A DNA stretch of 64,000 nt, from assembly GCF_024521635.1 (NCBI RefSeq), contig NW_026250454.1, forward strand, positions 1-64,000, in the 5' to 3' direction. Of the stretch, positions 52,736 through 61,137 are shown in pieces (position 1 is the stretch's first letter; every line of letters begins with the position of its first letter). This stretch comes from Tricharina praecox. Taxonomy: Eukaryota. Under the pieces are notes generated by a model. It ran no database searches and had not been told where the DNA came from. It saw nothing but the letters and a program-made list of their open reading frames with translations. Made by a program: the position numbers and the translations under genes.

Positions 52736-55700
52736 GTAGTCCCTCCTAAGGCTCGAGTTCCCACGAGAGCCAGTTCGACTGGTCCAGGCTGCATGGGGTA
52801 TCGTCGATGGAAGTCGTCCACAGCTTGTACCTCAGTAAGGTTCTCCTCTGGTTCCCATGTTGGTGCCGCGTAGCCTCTCCATTTCACCAGGTACTGGAGT
52901 TTGCCCCTGAGGTTCCGGCTGTCCAGGACCTCTTCAACCTCCCATTCTTCTTGGTCGTCCACGATTACCGGAAGCGGTGGCGGTGGAGTTTGTCCAGGGA
53001 AGGGATCGTCAGCGGAGGCATGAAGGAGGGATACAGGAAATGTTCGGTGCTTCTGAACGGTGTCCGGGATGTCCAACTCGTAGGCGTGGGTTTCGATTGT
53101 CCGAATCACACGGTAGGGACCATGGTGTTTGTTTTCCAGCTTGCGACTGGGTCTCTCGGTGCGCCAGTTCCGACCATCCACCCATACCATGTCGCCTGGT
53201 TGGAAGGCTGGCGCAGGGGTTCGGTGTCGGTCGGAGTCGTCCTGTTGCCGTGCCTGGGCATACCGCATTTGGCTGCGGGCGACGTCGTGGATTTGATGCA
53301 ACCGTTCCGCTGCACTCTGAGCTTGATGTTCCTCCTTGGTGTCGACACGGATATCCAGCTCAAAGTCACACCGTGGGTGGTATCCTAGGTTAGCGAAGAA
53401 TGGGGACAGGGTAGTCGTGTCGGAGACCTGGTTGTTGCCAACGAATTCGGCCAAGAAGAGGTAGTCGACCCAGTCATCCTGGAGGTAGCTGACGTACGCG
53501 CGGAGGTGCTGTTCCATGACAGCGTTCATCCGTTCGGTTTGGCCGTCGGTCTGGGGGTGGAAGGCAGTTGACAGGCGTGGCTCGATCTTGAGGCATGAGC
53601 ATAGGTGTTTCCAGAATCTCGAGGCAAACTGGGGACCCCTATCCGAGACGATGCTTTCTGGCAACCCGTGGTACCTGAAGATCCGGTCGCTGAACAGCTC
53701 GGCCAGTCCTTCCGAGGTGATGGTCGTGGTACATGGTAGGAGATGGCGTTGCTTGGTCAGTCGGTCAACAAAAACACAGATGGCGTCAAACCCCTTTGAG
53801 GCCGGTAAGCCAGTGACAAAGTCGACTGAGATGTGTTGCCATGGCTTCTCGGGTACTGGGAGGGGGCGCAGGACACCATAGGGTGCGTGCCGGGTGGCCT
53901 TGGTTCGCCGGCAGGTGTGGCAGTTTCGGACAAACTGGTCAACGTCCTTTCGCATCTGTGGCCAGTAGTACCTTCGAGCAAGTAGTTCCAGGGTTTTTGC
54001 GCGCCCTGGGTGCCCCATGGTCGGTGGGTCGTGGTGGTCCTGGATCAGTCGTAGTCGGAGTCGGTCGTACTCTGGAACATAGAGGCAGTCTCGGTAGATC
54101 AGTCGCCCGTTGACTTCGCGGCATTCGGCCAAGGAGATCTCCTTCGAGTGGCGTGTACCATTTCGGAGTAGCTGGAGGATTCGATTTGGGACGGGGTCTA
54201 TGTCGTAGCCTTCTGTTATCAGTGACGTGAGGAGGGGACGGTGTTGTTCGGGTGTGTTGGTTGCTGCCAACCGGAGCTCTTCCGGTAGGTTGTCCGGTTT
54301 CAGGACCGCCTGCTGGTTGGCAAGCAATCTTTCATCCCCTTCTTTAGGGAGGTCTCCTGACCTCCTGGTCAGTGCATCCGGTTTTCCTCCCGCTTTGCCT
54401 GGTCGGTAGACAATCTTGAAATGGAAACGGGAAAGGAACTCTGACCATCGCGCTTGTCGTCGGTTAAGTAGTTTCGTTGTCATGAAATACTCCAGATTCT
54501 TGTGGTCGCTTAGGACTTGGATGGGGTGAGGAGCGCCCTCCAGATGTGGTCTCCACTCCTCAAAGGCGCGGATGATTGCAAGGAGTTCTTTGTCATAGAT
54601 CTCGTAGTTGCATTCTGCCGGGGAGTGTTTCTTGGAATAGAATGCCACTGGGTGCAGAATTCCCTCGTCGTCGTACTGAGATAAGACTCCGGCAGAGACG
54701 TAGTCGGAGGCGTCAGTTTCCACTACTATCTGCCGATCGTAGCCGAAGTGCCGGAGGATCGAGGCCGAGGTGAATGCTGTTTTTAGTTCGTCGAATGCTT
54801 TCTGCTGTTCCGGTCCCCACACGAAGGGAACATACTTTCCATCCTCCTTCTTGGTCAATGCTGTCAGTAGGGATACCACCTTGGAATAGTCTTGGATGAA
54901 TCGCCGGTAGAAGTTCGCAAATCCCAGAAAGCATTGCACATCGGTGACGGTACTCGGCTCCTCCCATTCCAGTATGCAGGAGACTTTCGCTGGGTCCATC
55001 TTGATCCCGTTTGTTGTAATGATCAGTCCCAAATACTTGACTTCCGTCTGGTGGAAATGCCATTTTTCGGGTTTGAGATGTAGACCGGCTGCTGATAAGG
55101 CCTGAAGTACTTTCCTGACATGTTTCCGGTGTTCATCTAAGGATCCGCTGTAAATGAAGACGTCATCGATGAATGCGGTACAGAAGACGTCGAGGAACGG
55201 GCGTAGCACATCATTGATCAGAGCTTGGAAGTCGGCAGGGGCGTTGGTGAGGCCGAAGGGCATAACGAGGGATTCGAAGAGCCCGTAGCGTGTCCGGAAG
55301 GCAGTTTTCCACTCTTCTCCTTCCGCCATCCGCACAAGGTTGTAGGCACCGCGGATATCCAGGGTGGTGAAGTATTTCGCCCCGGATAGCCGCATCAGAC
55401 TTTCTTGGAGGAGTGGGAGTGGGTACCTGTTCTTGATTGTTCCTTCGTTCAGGCCCCTGTAATCCACACACAGGCGTAGGGAGCCGTCTGATTTCTTGAC
55501 AAACAGGATTGGCGATGCTGCGGGAGAGGAAGAGGCACGGATGAAACCTTTGCTAAGGTTGTCGTCAAGCCATTCCTTCAATGCGACAAGCTCCGTTTTC
55601 GAAAGTGAGTACAGTGGTCCGTATGGGGGCGTAAATCCCTCCTTGAGTGGGATCTTATGGTCGTAGTGTCGGTGCGGTGGCAGGTTCTGGGCGAGGGCTT

Positions 55701-56586
55701 CAGAGAACAGCGGTAGGAACTCGTGATATTCGTGAGGGATATGTGCCGTGGGGTCCTTGTTTCCTTCCAGTGCGCCGTTGACTTCGGCAAGAGTGGTGTT
55801 GAAAATCGTAAGGCTTTCCTTGCTGACCAGTTCTTGGAATGACTCCATCCGTAAGGCTGAGATTCTGACTGTGGTTTCCCTTGAAAGGTTAGTGCATTCT
55901 TGGTGATTCATCCTTGGGGGAGACGTAATGCAGCGGGCCACGATGTCGCCGGCCCCCGCGCTTACCGCTGGCTCTTCCTGAGCTGCTTTTGACGCGAGAG
56001 CATAGGTAGATACGTCAGGTGGGTCGGTGGTGATTCCATGTGCAACTGTGGGCACTGCATTGCAGTTGGCTGTACAGTATTGGGAGCCAAAGGTGAGGGT
56101 TCGGGAGCTGAACCGGATGGCCACATCGTGGAGGTCCATCCAGGGGATTCCGAGTACAACCGGGTAGTGGCCTAGTTTGGTGACAAACATAGGGATTTCT
56201 TCGTGGTGTTCCTGTATGGACAGGGTGGTGGTGGCAACATGTGTGATGTCGCCTGACTCGATGGGACGGCCATCGATGACTTCGAGGGTGCGCGGGGATT
56301 TCAGGGGTACGAGGGGTAGGTGGTGATGGCGGGCGAAGTCTTTGTCTACAAATGCAATTCCGGTTGCCCCACAGTCGATCAGCGCATGCGTGGCAATGGT
56401 TTTGTCACCAAACGAAAGGTTACACAATACAACAAGATGTTTTCCTTCCATTGATGATTCCTCCACAACCATTCCTGACACTGAGAGACTAGACAAACGA
56501 AAAATAGGGGACATAGGAGACAAAGACTTATCCCGGGTACGACCAACAACAGTGCCATCAAGCGGTTGTTGGTCTAGGCTTTTCCC
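52585..56586 (-). CDS. pol: Pol polyprotein (protease, RT, RNase H, integrase, chromodomain), expressed by -1 frameshift
   Basis: ALIDCGAT; LRLCVDYR, MPFGLTNAP, FIDD; ETDASD, DHKNL; HHCC (HHD..GH..CHTC), SVDF/SDRG/TER; WEVEEVLD...YLVKWRGY...TWEP. ORF is uninterrupted and reads into the 3' LTR. Confidence 0.95.
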   Translation of the reverse strand, partial: GKSLDQQPLDGTVVGRTRDKSLSPMSPIFRLSSLSVSGMVVEESSMEGKHLVVLCNLSFGDKTIATHALIDCGATGIAFVDKDFARHHHLPLVPLKSPRTLEVIDGRPIESGDITHVATTTLSIQEHHEEIPMFVTKLGHYPVVLGIPWMDLHDVAIRFSSRTLTFGSQYCTANCNAVPTVAHGITTDPPDVSTYALASKAAQEEPAVSAGAGDIVARCITSPPRMNHQECTNLSRETTVRISALRMESFQELVSKESLTIFNTTLAEVNGALEGNKDPTAHIPHEYHEFLPLFSEALAQNLPPHRHYDHKIPLKEGFTPPYGPLYSLSKTELVALKEWLDDNLSKGFIRASSSPAASPILFVKKSDGSLRLCVDYRGLNEGTIKNRYPLPLLQESLMRLSGAKYFTTLDIRGAYNLVRMAEGEEWKTAFRTRYGLFESLVMPFGLTNAPADFQALINDVLRPFLDVFCTAFIDDVFIYSGSLDEHRKHVRKVLQALSAAGLHLKPEKWHFHQTEVKYLGLIITTNGIKMDPAKVSCILEWEEPSTVTDVQCFLGFANFYRRFIQDYSKVVSLLTALTKKEDGKYVPFVWGPEQQKAFDELKTAFTSASILRHFGYDRQIVVETDASDYVSAGVLSQYDDEGILHPVAFYSKKHSPAECNYEIYDKELLAIIRAFEEWRPHLEGAPHPIQVLSDHKNLEYFMTTKLLNRRQARWSEFLSRFHFKIVYRPGKAGGKPDALTRRSGDLPKEGDERLLANQQAVLKPDNLPEELRLAATNTPEQHRPLLTSLITEGYDIDPVPNRILQLLRNGTRHSKEISLAECREVNGRLIYRDCLYVPEYDRLRLRLIQDHHDPPTMGHPGRAKTLELLARRYYWPQMRKDVDQFVRNCHTCRRTKATRHAPYGVLRPLPVPEKPWQHISVDFVTGLPASKGFDAICVFVDRLTKQRHLLPCTTTITSEGLAELFSDRIFRYHGLPESIVSDRGPQFASRFWKHLCSCLKIEPRLSTAFHPQTDGQTERMNAVMEQHLRAYVSYLQDDWVDYLFLAEFVGNNQVSDTTTLSPFFANLGYHPRCDFELDIRVDTKEEHQAQSAAERLHQIHDVARSQMRYAQARQQDDSDRHRTPAPAFQPGDMVWVDGRNWRTERPSRKLENKHHGPYRVIRTIETHAYELDIPDTVQKHRTFPVSLLHASADDPFPGQTPPPPLPVIVDDQEEWEVEEVLDSRNLRGKLQYLVKWRGYAAPTWEPEENLTEVQAVDDFHRRYPMQPGPVELALVGTRALGGTTVTAHDGMTKGGSAQGSGELGGSAEAVHRQCKDESQRIWGCVQGAGIAQL

Positions 56587-57769
56587 GACTGCTGGGAGGT
56601 CTCGCCGCAATCCTGGTTGCAGTTGTGATAGGTGTGAGCCGGGGTGGTGTTGGTCGGCTGAGTTGTCTCCAGCCGGGCAACGGCTGCTCGGAACGGATTT
56701 CGGTTCTTGTTGGGGCAGTGCCTCGCCATGTGGCCACTTCCTCCACAGTACAGACAGCGGCCTTCGCGGAGTCGAGCGGCACGCTCTTGATCTGAGATCC
56801 TGCGGCTGTTGGCACTCAAGTCCATAGCTCCGGGGGCCGTTCCTGTGGCAGTGGTCGTCACGGGCATGGTGTTCTGGGTGGTGTGCCTGAGCGGCGCCGT
56901 GGGTTGTGGGGCGCTACTCTGCCGAGGGGGGTTGATGGTACGGCGTCCCTCACGAAGTTGGAGGGCACGCAGCTCGGAGTCGAGGCGTTGGCAGAGGGCC
57001 ACAAACCCGTCGTAGTTGAGACCCTGAGTACGGCCCACAAGTTGCCGGTGGAGTTCGATGGATACTCCTTCTCGCAGTGCGTCAAGTTTCGCATGCTCGT
57101 CCCAATTAAGCTTGGAGACGAGCATCTGGAATTCCGCAAAGTAGGAGGTGAACTCCTTATTGCCTTGTTTCAGGTGGTGCAGCTTGGCTCGAGCGGTGGC
57201 CGCTGGGTCGGGGTCACCAAACGCATTGTTCAGGAGTGTGATTATCGCATCAGCATCAGTGAGGGTGATGTTGTGATTCTCGATGTATGGCAGGATCTGG
57301 GCTTGGGCGCGGCCTTCCAAGCGGTTGAAGGCGTAGGCCATTCGGAGTGCTGGAGTGGGGAAACGGGCTGGGTCGCTGTATAGCTTGAGACGAAGTTGCG
57401 CAACGAACCCTTCGAGTTTGTCGCGTGTTCCGTCGAACATGGCGGACTCTGGGACACGCTCAGCGCGGCTTTGAGGGTGGGCTTCGACGGTGGCGAGGCG
57501 GTTGGCGATTCGGCGGGCATCGGCAAGTTGTTCTTCGAGGTCGTCAAACCGCCAGGTTGGTATCGCTGTCGGGGACAGGGTGATTGCGTGGGCAAGGATT
57601 CTGAATTCGTTGTACAACCCCATCAGGGTTGCATCGTCAGCGGGTGCATCGTGATTGACGATGATTTCGAGTTGTTCGTAGATGGCGGCGGGAATTTCTC
57701 GGTAGAAGGGGGAGCCACCGGTACTTCGTCCTGCTGGGGGACGTCGGGTACCTGAGTGTTGGTGGCCAT
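56574..57769 (-). CDS. gag: Gag (capsid plus CCHC zinc knuckle); 5' end apparently frameshifted
   Basis: FDGTRDKLEGF, RLEGRA, LKQG, AMDLS, CLYCGGSGHMARHC. ATG at 57769 is out of frame with the main gag ORF unless the G run at 57708-57712 is one base longer. Confidence 0.85.
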
Positions 57770-57808
57770 GGTAGTTCGCTAGGTGGAGAGATGGGGGACG
57801 CAACAAAG

Positions 57809-58367
57809 TGTAACGGCACGGTTGGGCAAGGCTCCAGGTAGCGAAGTCGGGCTGGGGATCGGGTTCTGGGTTCGGTAGGGGCAAGACGGGTACAGGAGAC
57901 AAGGTGAGGCAGGGCTCAGTGCAGACGGCAACTGAGAACAGAGGCAGGGACAAGGACTAAGGCGCAGACGGCAGCCGAGGCAAGGACAGAGGTAACAGTG
58001 ATTGAATTAACAAGTTGTTGCGTGAAGAACTAAATACAGAGAGGCAACGGCCCGTTTATATAGAAAATCCTCCACTTCTTCCCGCAACCTGACAATGACC
58101 GTGGGCGTGTGCCAGACCCTGAGAAATCCACCTTGCCAGTACCCCACTTCCGTGACTCACACCCTGCGCAGCCGCACTACCCCTGCTTCCTGCACACAGC
58201 CCCAATATCCTGCGACTCATTACTGTGCTATCCCTGCTCCCTGCACACAGCCCCAAATCCTCTGCGACTCATCCTTGCACTGCCGGTGCACTGCCTCTGC
58301 ACTGCCCCCCAATTCTCCCGATCCTTGTGCCGTCCCTCCCTTCGTCATTCCGTCGTGAGCCGTGACA
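57809..58367 (-). repeat. 5' LTR of the chromovirus, with TATATAAA (58055-58062)
   Basis: TG...CA termini; adjacent to PBS and gag. Confidence 0.95.
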
Positions 58368-58428
58368 CATCCCTTCTGGATGAAACACTCCTGCTGTGAC
58401 TACCCGAAAGTGTATCCGTGTAACTGCA

Positions 58429-58523
58429 CGGTCAGGCTGAGCTCCAGGTAGCGCAGACGGGTAGACAGGTGGGCAGGAAACTGGGTTGGGCAAGGGCAAG
58501 TCTGGTCGAGCAGACAGGGCAAA
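58429..58523 (-). mobile_element. Terminal fragment of a related LTR, interrupted by the next element
   Basis: tgtaactgcacggtcaggctgagctccaggtagcg aligns with the LTR end tgtaacggcacggttgggcaaggctccaggtagcg (57809). Confidence 0.65.
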
Positions 58524-59250
58524 TGTGACACCCCAATAGGTATCGGAGGTCACGACGGTCGCAAAGGATGTGATTAGAAAGTTCGGGTGATTAGAATAAA
58601 GTTGCGAGCCGGAAGGATAGTTAGAAGCGATCAAGGACAAGATAGGAAGGAGGGAGCAAACGGATTCCAGAGTCTAGACAGTGATCGGAGATGCGGGAGA
58701 TCGGGATAACAGTCCAGAGGACTTTGAGATCTCCGTTCATAGGGCCCTGCAGTAGGAACTCCGATCCAGGGAAAACTGTTATGACGAGAGAATCGAACAT
58801 CGACCGATGGAGGCAGACAACTTCGAGCGAAGAACACTGCCGGCGCATGAGGGAGATAATTGCTCGGGAACTCCGATCTATCTTGGGCGCGTGGTGTTTA
58901 CCACCTGCCTAGTCGAGAAGACTATCCGAGGAGAGCTGACGCCGGCTCAAGGCTAGGCCGCGGAACTCCGATGCAAAGGAAGCAACGGAGCTATGTCAGG
59001 CCGCACTCTAGAGGACGCACGTGCTGAGGATCGGGACGGCTATACGTCCAACCGAGCGGGCAACCGAACCAAACTACAATCATCGCACCGAACAAACCAT
59101 CGAAGAAACACCCTTAAGATTATTCCGTTGTGAATTATCGAAATCCCTGACTTTTATTCTACACTCGATACTACCATAGACTCCGACGACGCAAACTCGT
59201 TCCAGTCTCACACTATAATCTTGAGGTTACAGTCACCGATTTCTATCGAA

Positions 59251-61137
59251 ATGTCCTCCTCAAACCTCGACATGCTCCGCCTCGAACTTCCTCAGACCCT
59301 AAGCAATGCGCTCGTTAGCATTCCGCAAGCATCCGAAACTGTCGAAGTACGAAACCCAGGAAGGAACTACGAACAACTCTGCGATGGGGTCAAGTATGTG
59401 TACAACCTCTACGCTCACAATGCCGAAATGAATACAGAATGGCTTCGAACCGAGCTGTCAACGGTAGCGAACGCGACGCACGCCCTGAGCAGCGACGTAT
59501 GGGCAGTCATTCGAGAACGTAACCAGAAAGATGAAGACAACCGCGAGTTGCACAGCGTCGCAAACGCTCGGCTACAAGACACCATCGTGTTCCTCGAAAC
59601 GGCGCAAGTCGAACAACGCAGGGAGCAAGCGGTGTACAACCGCAACGTGGAAATTTGGGCAGGGAAACAGGAAGAGAAGGCAGAGTACCTCTACAAAGAG
59701 CAACAGCGAATCAAGGAAAAAATCGCTCGAGCGGAGAAAAAATTGAAGGCTGTAGAGGTAAGGACAGGGAAGGCGAAGGAAAAGGCCCCAGAGTGGGTAA
59801 ACACCACCCCAAGAGGAGGATCGCGGGCAGAAAGGTCAGCAACAAGGGAAACTCAGGCAGGTGCAGGAATGTCCCCTCCTCCTCCACCCCCAAGACGTCC
59901 GGTGACTAACCTTGGAGGTGATGCCTCGGATGAGGAACCATCGAATGATGACGATTTCATCCCCTTGCCGCGTCGTTCGCCGCCCCGTCACCGACACGCT
60001 CCGCTACCAATCGAAGACGGCGAAGACGAAGAGAGCCGCTTCGCTCGGATAATCGCTGCTGCCGTCTCCGCATCGAACCCGAGGGCCATCAAGCTTAAAA
60101 TGAAAGAGCCCAAGCCGTTCGATGGCAAGCAAAGGACAGCCTTCTGTCCATGGTGGGACTCAGTCGAAGAATATCTTGAGTTCCACCCAGAGACAAACGA
60201 GCAGCAGAAGATAGCGTGGGTGAGATCGCGACTGGAAGGTACAGCGGCAGAATGGCATCAGGCCCGTCGAAGAAGCCTGAGGCAGCTACACTTGGAAGAT
60301 ACGTGGCAGGCGTACCAAGAGGCATTCAAGTAGGCGTACCGCGACACGCAGGAAGGAGTGAACGCATTAAGAAGGATGTGGGCCCTCGAATACAAAGGGG
60401 ATAATCAGGCTTGTATGACCTCCTTCCGATCACTCAACATGATCGCTCGCGCCATCGGCGAACCACTACAAGACATAGTGAACCAGGCCATGACCACCAA
60501 CATCCTCGATATGTGCTTTATCCAGCACACCGAACTCTACGAAGACTATGAAGATTTCCTGGAAACGGTGCCCATGGCTGAGAACCATGTGGAACGACGG
60601 GACGCGCTGAAAAAGGCAAGGGCAATGAGGAAAGGGGGATTGGGTAGCCAGGGTTCCGGCCGCGACCGGGAGGGACCTGGCAACGGCCGGCAGGGCCAAG
60701 GAACGGGCAGAGACCCCGGGGGCCGCAAGGAAAGCGGGCAGTCCCCAGAGGGCCGAAAGGCCAAGGAAGCAACAGGGGTCAGGAAGGGAAGGACAAGGGA
60801 AGGGGACATCTATGCAGGAGCAAAGGAGGCTCGGGTAGGGGTTCCCCAGAAGGAGATCGATGCCCACAAAGCATCCAAGTGCGACTGTTGGCGTTGCGGA
60901 CGAGACGGCCACTGAACCTTCCAATGCTACGCCAGAAAAACAGTCGCTGGTACCGAGCTCCCCGAGAGTCCAAAGGTGTCATCCTTGACAAAGAGAAAGC
61001 GGGACACCCAGGATGCCGAACCCACTCAACCAAGGTCCAAGCAACACAAGGCTGCGGCGGTTGTGGTGGAGGATGAAGCAATGACGGAGGCGCCTCCATT
61101 CTGGGAGAGGAATGAGAGCGAGCCGGAGGATTTTTGA
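59251..61137 (+). pseudogene. gag: gag with two in-frame premature stops
   Basis: EPKPFDGK, RLEGTAAEW, CWRCGRDGH*TFQC; TAG at 60331-60333 and TGA at 60913-60915; ends G-GAT-TTT-TGA. Confidence 0.9.

Larger units (their letters stand above)
52177..58367 (-). mobile_element. Full-length Ty3/Gypsy chromovirus LTR retrotransposon, 6191 bp, TSD CATCC
   Basis: Two 559-bp LTRs with 8 differences by manual comparison; CATCC at 52172-52176 and 58368-58372; gag and pol in PR-RT-RH-IN-chromodomain order. Confidence 0.98.
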
